This document shows, one piece after another, positions 19,202-27,403 of a DNA stretch of 64,000 bases. How positions within the stretch are numbered: position 1 is the stretch's first letter; each line of letters begins with the position of its first letter. Position numbers and translations under genes: made by a program. Origin of the DNA: a virus. Lineage: Duplodnaviria > Heunggongvirae > Uroviricota > Caudoviricetes. The notes under the pieces are model-generated. The model saw only the letters and a list, made by a program, of their open reading frames with translations, was not told the origin of the DNA and made no database searches. The stretch lies in the IMG/VR virus record IMGVR_UViG_3300030029_000205, one strand, 5' to 3'.

Positions 19202-19553
19202 AAATAAGAAATATTTATTAGATGTACGAAAGTATGTATTACATATAGTATAGTTAATTTTAGATATATAAAATAATAAATTTACATATATCAAAAGACT
19301 AATTCAGATTTCAGAATTTGTAGGTGTTTATTTTAATGTATTAGGTGTAAATGTATCTTTGTATTAGTAGGGTATTTTCTGTTTACAGGGTTAATAAGGT
19401 TACCAAAGATGGGTATTTAGATGCCTATTAAAGTTTATAAGATGATTATGTAATTTCAGAAATAAGAAAGTTATTTTTAGTTATATAATTATTTATGTTG
19501 TAGTGTGATAGAAAATATTAGATTTATAAATTTATTGTAAGGTTGTGAGGTTT

Positions 19554-21686
19554 ATGTCAAGTTCAGAAAGTATTTTTGATAAAGTAATGAATTTTTCTGC
19601 TGAAGAAAAGGTCGGTACTGTTAAGTTAAAACCCTCTGAGAGGTTGTTAAAGGACATAAAAAGTTATGGCTTTGATTTAACTCAACTTGAGCCTGTATTA
19701 AAAACTAAAGGTCATCAGTTGATTGTATCTTGTGCAGGTAGTGGTAAAACTACTGCATTGACTTTTAAAACTATCTATGATTTGAAATCAGGTAGAAGTA
19801 CAGTGCTTAAAAATATGAATGGTAATAATATTCGTGTTCCTGATAAAATTTGGGTATCAACTTTTCTTAAATCTGGTGCAGAAGAGTTGAAAACCTCTTA
19901 TAGAAAATGGTGTAATAGATTACATTGTGCTGATATGTCTCAGGCTATACAGTTTTGTACTCTACACGCAGAGTTTAAAAGAGCTTTAAATGCTCTTGGT
20001 TTGAAGACCGATATTATTTCTGATATTGATAATAAAAATCTCTTAAAGAAGGTATTAAAAACTTACGGAATTAGAAGTGTAAGGGGTACAGCTTTAAATG
20101 ATGATGAGGTAAGTTCTTTGATTGGTGCTTTAACTCGTACACGAAATAGATTAGATGACAGTAGATATCTATCTGATATCTATGATGAGTTGGGTTTGGT
20201 GGACTCTGTTATTGATTGTATTTTAAAAGATTGGAAGTCTCAGCGTATTATAAAGGATAAGGTGGATTTTGAAGATTTACAGGAAATTCTTTATGATTAC
20301 TGCTATAATAAAGCAGATGGAGATGTTATAAAATTTTTATCAGAGAGATTCAATTACATTTATATAGATGAATTTCAGGATACATCTCAAATTCAGTATG
20401 CTGTCTTGAAGGCTTATTGCTTTCAGGCGAAGCAGGTAGTTGCGATTGGAGATGACGACCAGACGATTTATAGTTGGCGAGGTAGTGATAATAGCATTAT
20501 TACTGAAAAATTCTTAGAAGATTTTAATCCAGTGAAGAATGACCTGTCTGTCAACTTTAGATGTCCAAATATCGTGCTTTCTGCAATTAAGCCGAGTATT
20601 GAGAAGAATAAGTCCCGTTTTGAAAAGACTTTGTGTTCTGCTAATGATGGGGGTATAGTCAGATTAGTAGAGGCATCAGGGTATAAGCAGATGGCTTTAA
20701 CTCTTGGTGATTTGGTATATGAAGATGTTAAGGCTGGAAGGTCAGTAGCTATACTTACAAGGGTAAATAGTGATGGTCTTTTACCAGCTATTTTCTTTGA
20801 TAAGATGGGTATGTTTTCATATTCGGTATCGGGTAAGAATATGACATTGGATTGCTATATTGGTAAGCTTGTGATGTCATTAATTCATTTGTTTACAGAT
20901 AGTTTTTCAGATTATGTGAAAAGAGCTTTATCCTATTTAACTTGGGATTCTTATGGTATTAGTAAATTATTGGATGTATGCAGGAATAATGGTACTGATA
21001 TTTGGAATATATCAGAGGAGGATTTAAGATACTCTTGTTATGAAATTTCTGATAGGCTTATTTCTTGGAGGGAATTTCGTAAAGCTAATGGGGATATTCC
21101 AACAATGAAGTTTGTACTTCAGGACTATAGATACTCCGTTTTTACTAATGATACTCAGTTTAATGATGTAGTTAAATCTGTACTGGTAAGCATAGAAAGT
21201 CTGTTAGATTATTATTCTTATGATTCAGCTGAAGATTTTTTGTCTGAGTTAGATAGTATAAATGATAGACTGAGAGCAAGGGTAAAGTTATCTAATGCTA
21301 AGGTAAGGATAGCTACTGTACACGAATTTAAGGGTAAAGAAGCTGACAGCGTGTATATTTGGAATGACTCTGAGAATGTATTTCCCTACTTTAAATCTTG
21401 TAACAATGCAAGTGAATTAGAGGAGGAAAGAAGGATACACTATATTGCTTGTACAAGAGCAAAAAGTATTAGTACACTTCTCTATAAGAAGGGTAAGGAA
21501 GGTATGTTCGTTAAGGAGATGGATTTATCTAATGCCAAGAAAGTTGTCAAAGAAACATCTGGGGTTTTAAAGAAAACTATGGAAAAGAATATTGAAGAAG
21601 ATAGTGCTTTAAGGGATTTTGAAAACTCTGTTTCAATAGATACTGGTGAGGTTTATGATGACTTAGATGTTGAAGTTGTAGAATGA
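19554..21686 (+). CDS. UvrD/PcrA-like SF1 DNA helicase
   Basis: VSCAGSGKTTALT (motif I), YIYIDEFQDTSQ (motif II), VHEFKGKEADSVY and IACTRAKS (motifs V/VI). Confidence 0.8.
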   Translation: MSSSESIFDKVMNFSAEEKVGTVKLKPSERLLKDIKSYGFDLTQLEPVLKTKGHQLIVSCAGSGKTTALTFKTIYDLKSGRSTVLKNMNGNNIRVPDKIWVSTFLKSGAEELKTSYRKWCNRLHCADMSQAIQFCTLHAEFKRALNALGLKTDIISDIDNKNLLKKVLKTYGIRSVRGTALNDDEVSSLIGALTRTRNRLDDSRYLSDIYDELGLVDSVIDCILKDWKSQRIIKDKVDFEDLQEILYDYCYNKADGDVIKFLSERFNYIYIDEFQDTSQIQYAVLKAYCFQAKQVVAIGDDDQTIYSWRGSDNSIITEKFLEDFNPVKNDLSVNFRCPNIVLSAIKPSIEKNKSRFEKTLCSANDGGIVRLVEASGYKQMALTLGDLVYEDVKAGRSVAILTRVNSDGLLPAIFFDKMGMFSYSVSGKNMTLDCYIGKLVMSLIHLFTDSFSDYVKRALSYLTWDSYGISKLLDVCRNNGTDIWNISEEDLRYSCYEISDRLISWREFRKANGDIPTMKFVLQDYRYSVFTNDTQFNDVVKSVLVSIESLLDYYSYDSAEDFLSELDSINDRLRARVKLSNAKVRIATVHEFKGKEADSVYIWNDSENVFPYFKSCNNASELEEERRIHYIACTRAKSISTLLYKKGKEGMFVKEMDLSNAKKVVKETSGVLKKTMEKNIEEDSALRDFENSVSIDTGEVYDDLDVEVVE

Positions 21687-21723
21687 AATTAATACAATAA
21701 ACTAAGATTTTTAAGAAAGGTAA

Positions 21724-21921
21724 ATGGTGAATACTATGAGAGCTTTTGGAACAAAAGAATATGGAAATGCAGATGGTTTTAAAATTATTTGTAATAGATG
21801 TGGAAGAGAAGCACGAATTGTTCCAACGCATCATTACAAGGAGCTTGGAAAGCTTGAAAAGATAACCCTTGAATTTAGATGTATTTGTGGAAACAAATAT
21901 GGGGCAACCATTCATGATTAA
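21724..21921 (+). CDS. small zinc-ribbon protein
   Basis: CNRCG...CICGNKYG, four cysteines. Confidence 0.5.
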   Translation: MVNTMRAFGTKEYGNADGFKIICNRCGREARIVPTHHYKELGKLEKITLEFRCICGNKYGATIHD

Positions 21922-21959
21922 ATGTATGTTTTCTTAGATTGGAAAGGGAAGTAATAAGG

Positions 21960-22352
21960 ATGAAGTTAGTAGATATAACCTGCCCATCTTGCGGTGCAAG
22001 CTTATCTTGTGATGAACATAGTTTAATAGTAGAGTGCAGTTATTGTGGTAAGGTGTTTTACCTTGATGATGAAGTACAGAGAGTTGAGCACTCCGTTAAA
22101 GATGCGGAGAAATTAGGGTACGATTTGGAAAAAGGCAAGTTAAAAGCTCAAAGAGAGGAAAAAGAATATCAAAATAAACAGCTTATAAAGAATAAATTTA
22201 TAAAGATTTTATTGTGGGTTGTTTTCTTTCCAATAATGGTGGGATATAAGGTTATTTCTTCTAAAAAGTTAGATACTGAAACTAAAGTAATAATTATAGT
22301 TTTGCTGATAGGTTTAGTAAGTTATATAATGACAGGAGGTTTATGGCATTGA
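21960..22352 (+). CDS. zinc-ribbon protein with C-terminal transmembrane helices
   Basis: ATG 21960 after AAAGGGAAG. CPSCG...CSYCG, then hydrophobic ILLWVVFFPIMVGY / IIIVLLIGLVSYIM. Confidence 0.6.
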   Translation: MKLVDITCPSCGASLSCDEHSLIVECSYCGKVFYLDDEVQRVEHSVKDAEKLGYDLEKGKLKAQREEKEYQNKQLIKNKFIKILLWVVFFPIMVGYKVISSKKLDTETKVIIIVLLIGLVSYIMTGGLWH

Positions 22353-23236
22353 ATTTCAAAGGTACAAACCTGATTTTGGATAATTTCAGAACAGTTTTAA
22401 GGGATTATTCTATTGATGTCCAAGATGTTGTCAGAAGTGCTATCCTTGATGATGTTGATGTTGCTGATTACATTGAAATCTGTAAAAGTAACCCCTACAG
22501 GTTAGACCAGATTAGGTTATGTAAAAAGGAAGGAGTAAATGATGAGGCTGTTTACTCTATTAAAAATGGTGATAGTATTTATAAATTAAGGCAGTTAATA
22601 CAAAAAGGTACTGATATAGATGCTATATTACAGCAATTACACCAGGGTACTTTGAATGATTATAGCATTCATAAAATGATATCTTGGGTATTATCAGGGT
22701 ATGACCTCAAGGGTATTAATCTTTCCATTATTCCAAACAGTTTATTTGAAGTGTTTGAACAAGGTTTTCAAAAAGGTTTTGATATGAGGGTTTATAATAA
22801 TGGTAAAAATTACAACCCAGAATACTTAAGGTATTGTATGATAATCCAGTTTAATAAGAAAGATGTAAAGCCATTTGTAGATAAGATTTGGAAAGTTGAT
22901 TGTATAAAACAGCTTGCAGTTTTATCAAAGGGTATTTCCACTGATAAGTGGGATACTTTCATCTCTAAGTTAAATTGTTCAATTTCTTCTGAGAAGTTGT
23001 CAGTACTTATTTCTTGCGTGAAGAATGGTATTGACATAGATAAATTAGTTTCAGATGATTGGTCTTGTGATGCAATAAGGGTGATTTTATTAGCTTTTAA
23101 AGATAATATGAATTATACTAAATTAGTTAATGTAGGACCTGATGTAGATACAGTGACTGCTTTGTATAATGAAATGAAGTTGTCAAAAATGAAAAAACTG
23201 GGTGGAAGATTAAGTGGCAGGTTAGATAGAAAATAA
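22343..23236 (+). CDS. hypothetical protein
   Basis: 297-aa ORF overlapping the upstream stop. Confidence 0.65.
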   Translation: MALNFKGTNLILDNFRTVLRDYSIDVQDVVRSAILDDVDVADYIEICKSNPYRLDQIRLCKKEGVNDEAVYSIKNGDSIYKLRQLIQKGTDIDAILQQLHQGTLNDYSIHKMISWVLSGYDLKGINLSIIPNSLFEVFEQGFQKGFDMRVYNNGKNYNPEYLRYCMIIQFNKKDVKPFVDKIWKVDCIKQLAVLSKGISTDKWDTFISKLNCSISSEKLSVLISCVKNGIDIDKLVSDDWSCDAIRVILLAFKDNMNYTKLVNVGPDVDTVTALYNEMKLSKMKKLGGRLSGRLDRK

Positions 23237-23273
23237 TTTTGATTAAGATTGTATTTAAATTATATAAGAAATA

Positions 23274-23282
23274 TGGTATAAT
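23274..23282 (+). promoter_or_regulatory. extended -10 element TGGTATAAT
   Basis: Perfect TGnTATAAT about 40 nt upstream of gene 23320. No well-spaced -35. Confidence 0.4.
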
Positions 23283-23319
23283 ATAAGTACAATAAAAGAT
23301 ACTTAGGAGGAAGTTTAAA

Positions 23320-24237
23320 ATGATTTTCGTTAATATGTTAGATGAGCTGAAAGGCTCTTATGAAAGAAACAAGGGTAATTCTTTACCCTTGATGATAAAT
23401 GTTGATACCAGTGAATCAAAAGTTTGTACATTAAGGAAAAATAATAATGTTTTGGAAGTATCAGAAGGTACTTCTGAAGATAATATTTTTGCTTTAATGG
23501 GGGATGACAAAGATTCACCTATCAAGGTAAAAGGAGCACCATCTCTTACATATAAGGATTTAAGAGATACAGCTGAGAATCCTCTTATCATGGTAGCAAC
23601 AGACGGTATCAGGTTTTTTAACGATGTACCTACTTTTGTTAAGGTACTGTTTGTAAACGATGATTTCTTTCTTGTAATGCTTGTATATGGTGCTTGTGAG
23701 ATGAAACTTGGTACATCATATGTTCCTCTACAGAGATGTAATTCAGATGACATCGAAAGAAAGGGTATTCATTCGGCTTATAGTACATCAGCATTTAAAG
23801 AAATGGTATATAACCGCACCAAGGGTAATTGGGATAAGTCATATGAGATGGTTTGTCCTGTTTATGTAAAGGTTAAGGGTGGTGATTCAACCTTTAGATG
23901 TTTACAGAATGACCCTAATTCTTATGGGGTATTTAATGCAAGTGCCATTGAGGAAAGATTGAAGTACGAAGAAGACCTTGCTGAACAAAAGAAAAAACAG
24001 CGTGAAGATGCTGAACTTGAGAGGGTAGAGAGGAAAAAGCGTTACGAAGAAAGCAAAAGGAGAAGAGAAGAGGAAGAAAGACTGAGTCGTATTGAAGAGA
24101 ATAAGAGAAAAGCTGAAGAAGCTAAGGCAAAAAGAGGTTCAGCTAAGGCAAGAAAATTGAATGTACCTACTACTGATGAAAAGGGTAGAAATACAGCAGC
24201 TGAGGCTTTTCTTGCTTTTGTAAATGGAGGTAAGTAA
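23320..24237 (+). CDS. hypothetical protein with C-terminal K/E/R-rich coiled coil
   Basis: RBS TAGGAGGAAG. Extended -10 TGGTATAAT at 23274-23282. C-terminus EQKKKQREDAELERVERKKRYEESKRRREEEERL. Confidence 0.7.
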   Translation: MIFVNMLDELKGSYERNKGNSLPLMINVDTSESKVCTLRKNNNVLEVSEGTSEDNIFALMGDDKDSPIKVKGAPSLTYKDLRDTAENPLIMVATDGIRFFNDVPTFVKVLFVNDDFFLVMLVYGACEMKLGTSYVPLQRCNSDDIERKGIHSAYSTSAFKEMVYNRTKGNWDKSYEMVCPVYVKVKGGDSTFRCLQNDPNSYGVFNASAIEERLKYEEDLAEQKKKQREDAELERVERKKRYEESKRRREEEERLSRIEENKRKAEEAKAKRGSAKARKLNVPTTDEKGRNTAAEAFLAFVNGGK

Positions 24238-24238
24238 T

Positions 24239-24508
24239 ATGAATGCAACTCAACTTGTAAAGGCAGTAGCCGTAGAAACAGGGGTATCTGAAGACCAAGT
24301 TTCTGTTGTTTTTAATTCGGTAATTAAAAATATCTTAAATGGTGTAGCTAATGACGGTAAAGTTTCAATATCAAGGTTTGGAACATTTAAGAGGGTAGTA
24401 ACCAATGAGAGGCAGTGTTACAATCCTGTATTAAAGAAAAAGGTGGATGTACCATCCAGGGTTAAGATTAGGTTTATTCCTTCGGAATATACAAGGGGCA
24501 ATATATAA
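24239..24508 (+). CDS. hup: HU/IHF-family histone-like DNA-binding protein
   Basis: ATG 24239, 8 nt after GGAGGT. MNATQLVKAVAVETGVS..VSISRFGTFKRVVTNER..NPVLKKKVDVPSRVKIRFIPS matches the HU fold signature (RFGTF arm). Confidence 0.75.
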   Translation: MNATQLVKAVAVETGVSEDQVSVVFNSVIKNILNGVANDGKVSISRFGTFKRVVTNERQCYNPVLKKKVDVPSRVKIRFIPSEYTRGNI

Positions 24509-24716
24509 TTTACATATTTTATATGTTGTTTTCTCACCTCCAAGATTTTATAGGGTTTTGTGGGGAAGATTAAATTCTTCCCTACAAAATAATAAAATTA
24601 TTTTAAGAAAGCATTTAAGTTTTGTTAGGTATATGTTAAAATGTAAATACAATATTCAAGTTATTGTATTTACATTTTAGTATATAGAATATTTTAAAAA
24701 TGTTTTAAGAATGACT

Positions 24717-24745
24717 TGTAGCTATACTTGAAATATGGTAAAATA
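24717..24745 (+). promoter_or_regulatory. promoter TTGTAG-N17(…TGG)-TAAAAT, copy 1 of tandem duplicated promoter
   Basis: Lies inside the first 115-bp repeat unit. Confidence 0.55.
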
Positions 24746-24830
24746 TGTATATACTTAGAAAGATACAATATTTAAACTATTGTATTGCATTTCAGTATAT
24801 GAGATATTTTAAAAATGTTTTAAGAATGAC

Positions 24831-24859
24831 TTGTAGTTAGTTTTAAAATATGGTAAAAT
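24831..24859 (+). promoter_or_regulatory. promoter TTGTAG-N17(…TGG)-TAAAAT, copy 2 of tandem duplicated promoter
   Basis: Lies inside the second repeat unit, about 40 nt upstream of the ORF-free RNA region. Confidence 0.55.
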
Positions 24860-24899
24860 ATGTATATACTTAGAACCTTGACAATTATAAATATTATAA

Positions 24900-25640
24900 G
24901 TGGCAGTAATACCTCAGTGAAGAGCGACTAATCATCGTGCTGAGAATATACTGAATGGAGTAACGGTATGTTGGGATACTTACATACTAAGACTTTACTA
25001 TACATCGAGAGGTGTAAGGTAGGAGTTTCAAAGCGAAACAACCAAGGGTATATGTGCTGTAAGTAATTTTTTCATAAGGTACTTTTAAGATGACGTAGAC
25101 ATAATAGACAGCCCAGTGGGTGTTGAATCAAGGTAGCTGACAAGTGTGAGAGCTTGGGTAGCGATGTGAAAACTCAAATAAGTCTAAATTTTGCAGTTGA
25201 AGCTCAGAAATGAGTGTATAAGTCATTGATAAAGGTATGAGTAGCCCAAATCTGCAAAGAACTGTAAAAGAAAAAAGGTTTAGTTAACCTAAGAACAATT
25301 TCTGAATGATGGGTGAAAATGAAGGGTATCAATCCCTTGTACTCAGTGTACCCTAAAGGGTAGGTGTAAGAAGTTTATATGTGACGATGTATAGGCTCAG
25401 ACTTACATCAGTACTGACTGATTAATGAACTGATTATATTATGGTATGCTGAATAAAAGGCAATTGCTGTTACTTATAATATTTATAATGGAGAGGGTAA
25501 TTCCAATGGGCAATCTAAGGGTGAGTTTTTGATAGTCTTATCTCGCCCCAGAAAGACTATCCGAATTGATTTCTAATACCTGTAATATAGCTATTAGAAT
25601 AGTTCGTTTTGTAAGCTCGGCTTATCCATAAGTCGAGCAG
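24900..25640 (+). ncRNA. candidate large structured non-coding RNA (ORF-free ~740 nt between tandem promoters and the tRNA array)
   Basis: No ORF of 60 aa or more on either strand from 24680 to 26028. Numerous local hairpins, e.g. a 10-bp stem at 25612-25636 and AAGGGTATCAATCCCTT. Lies directly downstream of duplicated strong promoters and upstream of tRNAs. Confidence 0.3.
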
Positions 25641-25642
25641 AT

Positions 25643-25748
25643 ATGTGTCGATAGTTCAATTGGTAGAAACTTACGCTTGAGCTAAGGGGTATTGGTTAAA
25701 ATATTTCTTAGTAAGTATGGGATATAGGTTCGAGTCCTATGAGACACA
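25643..25748 (+). tRNA. atypical tRNA-like element (D-arm AGTTCAATTGGTAGAA, T-arm ATAGGTTCGAGTCCTAT, ~106 nt; possible intron or long insertion)
   Basis: Canonical D-loop and GGTTCGAGTCC T-loop motifs. Acceptor GTGTC/GACAC pairs. About 30 extra nt between anticodon region and T-arm. Anticodon not resolved. Confidence 0.3.
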
Positions 25749-26057
25749 ATAGAAAAATAAGCTTGCAATATGCCGTTTACAAGCGTGGAGGTTTTGAGAC
25801 AAAGCCAAAAGCGGTGGGTAGATTTATTCTTTAAATTTGTCTTAAACCTCTAAATCTATTAAGCCTTTTAAGATAAGTATTTAAAAGATTATCAAACACA
25901 CACTTTGAATACCTTATTTTAATAAAAACTTATGAATATTGGCTGTATTCATTCTTACAACGAAGGAGTTTATGGTAGTAATTTGTAATATAATTCGAAC
26001 CACTGGTGTAAATGTAAAAACACACCTTTGTTGTTTAAGAGAAAAGGAGAGTATATT

Positions 26058-26231
26058 ATGTTAAATGTAAACAATGTACCTAAATATGCAAAATCAAGAA
26101 GATTTTGGGTAATTCGTGAAGTAGGTGAAGAGCATTGGTTTTACGGAGCTTTTGATGATGTTACAAGAGCTTTTAAAAGTGCCAAGGAAGTTGAAAATGC
26201 TTTGCTTATAGAAAATACAGAGTTAATTTAA
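26058..26231 (+). CDS. small hypothetical protein (57 aa) embedded in the tRNA region
   Basis: ATG 26058, 8 nt after AAAAGGAGAG. Translation MLNVNNVPKYAKSRRFWVIREVGEEHWFYGAFDDVTRAFKSAKEVENALLIENTELI. Confidence 0.5.
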   Translation: MLNVNNVPKYAKSRRFWVIREVGEEHWFYGAFDDVTRAFKSAKEVENALLIENTELI

Positions 26232-26284
26232 AGAACCCATTGTATTTTGATAAGATTTGTAGTAAACTACAAGTAGTTAAATAA

Positions 26285-26372
26285 GCTGGTATGGTGGAAT
26301 AGGCAGACACAAGGGACTTAAAATCCCTCGGTCATTGCGACCGTATCGGTTCAAGTCCGATTACCAGCACCA
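26285..26372 (+). tRNA. tRNA-Leu (anticodon TAA), type II with long variable arm, CCA encoded
   Basis: Acceptor GCTGGTA/TACCAGC. Anticodon stem AGGGA/TCCCT with loop CTTAAAA. Variable arm CGGTC...GACCG. T-arm TCGGTTCAAGTCCGA. Discriminator A plus CCA. Confidence 0.85.
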
Positions 26373-26517
26373 TGAGGTGGGTATTAGAGTTACCCATCTT
26401 TACATCCAAAGGTAGTCCTCCAACTACATAAAGCATTTAAATGGGTGTGTTAGGTTTTCATAAAAAAACTCTCCTAAAAGAAGTCCTTGCAATTAGTGAG
26501 TGTTGCAAGGACAACCT

Positions 26518-26591
26518 GTAGATGTAGTTTAATGGTAAAATGTCAGTTTCCCATACTGAGGTTGTGGGTTCGATTCCCATCATCTGCTCCA
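26518..26591 (+). tRNA. tRNA-Gly (anticodon CCC), CCA encoded
   Basis: Acceptor GTAGATG/CATCTGC (one G-U). D-arm GTTTAATGGTAAAAT. Anticodon stem TCAGT/ACTGA with loop TTCCCAT. T-arm GTGGGTTCGATTCCCAT. Discriminator T plus CCA. Confidence 0.6.
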
Positions 26592-26890
26592 CTGGTGATT
26601 CACCAGTTTATTATAAGAAAACCAGCTTATATGTTGCAGGTAAATTTCTTATAAAAACCTACAGAAAGCAAGTCCTTGAATAAAGGTTGAGTAGGGTAAG
26701 ATGCTTTAAAGTTATGCACCTTTAGCTTAAAGATAGCAACCGTGTAAAAACGGTAAAGACGGTAGGGTATCCATTATAGAAGGGGTTAATGGTACTCTTT
26801 ATGGTGCTAATTATTCGAGTAAAGTTTCTTCAGTAATCTTGCTCGAATACAAACTGAAGTGACCAACCCCTATATAGGGGTTGGGTATAT

Positions 26891-26958
26891 GGAGATGTAG
26901 TATAAGTAGTATCTTAGCTATGTTAAGGGTATGAGTGCAAGTCTCATCATCTTCACCA
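26891..26958 (+). tRNA. short tRNA-like element (good acceptor and T-arm, reduced D region; anticodon unresolved)
   Basis: Acceptor GGAGATG/CATCTTC. T-arm ATGAGTGCAAGTCTCAT. ACCA at the 3' end. Only 65 nt before CCA, so possibly a degenerate tRNA. Followed by a terminator at 26958-26981. Confidence 0.3.
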
Positions 26959-26981
26959 CCCATCCAGAATGGGTTATTTTT
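26958..26981 (+). terminator. small terminator hairpin (ACCCAT-ccaga-ATGGGT + TATTTTT) after tRNA-like 26891
   Basis: 6-bp stem plus T-tract. Confidence 0.45.
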
Positions 26982-27078
26982 AAAGAGTGCTTACTTTCGC
27001 TGTTTCTTTCTTTTTTGTACAAATTGATTACATAACATAACCGTTCAAATCTTTATAAAGTAAGCACTCAATTGAATA

Positions 27079-27152
27079 TGCAGAAAGTAGTTTAATGGTA
27101 GAATACCCGCCTAAGAGGAGGAAGATGCAGGTTCGACTCCTGTGTTCTGCAG
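27079..27152 (+). tRNA. tRNA-like gene, type and anticodon unresolved
   Basis: Acceptor TGCAGAA/TTCTGCA, 7 bp perfect. D-arm TAGTTTAATGGTAGAAT. T-arm GCAGGTTCGACTCCTGT. Anticodon stem pairs poorly in every register. Loop region contains CCTAAGAGG. Confidence 0.45.
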
Positions 27153-27341
27153 TGTAATGATAGGTAGCAAGTGTTATATACAAGCAATAAAGAGCTCGAT
27201 TGTGGAGTATGACACTGTCATAGGTAACTAAGGTAGACTTGTGAGCAAGGTCAAGTACATCTGTTATCGAATGGTGTTAAATCCTGTGATGATATAGAAC
27301 CTGCGAAACTATATGTTATCTGTCATTCGAGTGTATATTAT

Positions 27342-27370
27342 AAGGCTACTGTTTAAGTAGCCTTTTTATT
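27342..27370 (+). terminator. intrinsic terminator closing the tRNA/ncRNA operon (AAGGCTAC-tgtttaa-GTAGCCTT + TTTATT)
   Basis: 8-bp stem plus T-tract, immediately before the DHH gene. Confidence 0.65.
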
Positions 27371-27403
27371 ATGTATTAAACAAAATAGGAAGTGAAGTAA
27401 GTC

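Larger units (their letters stand above)
24646..24875 (+). repeat. tandem direct duplication (2 x ~115 bp) each carrying a complete promoter
   Basis: Unit 1 is 24646-24760. Unit 2 is 24761-24875. Units are roughly 90% identical. Both end ...TGGTAAAATATGTATATACTTAGAA. Confidence 0.8.

Noticed and set aside
24646-24875. Possible CRISPR array, considered because of the direct repeats
   Set aside because: Only two long (115-bp) units, with no short repeat-spacer periodicity. The units carry promoter hexamers. Not CRISPR-like.
24920-25545. Group I intron interpretation (GACTAA at ~24928 and TGATAGTC at ~25536 resemble P7 strands)
   Set aside because: The two candidate P7 strands are ~600 nt apart with no intervening ORF. 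No tRNA or protein exon context was found around them. The resemblance is too short to be meaningful.
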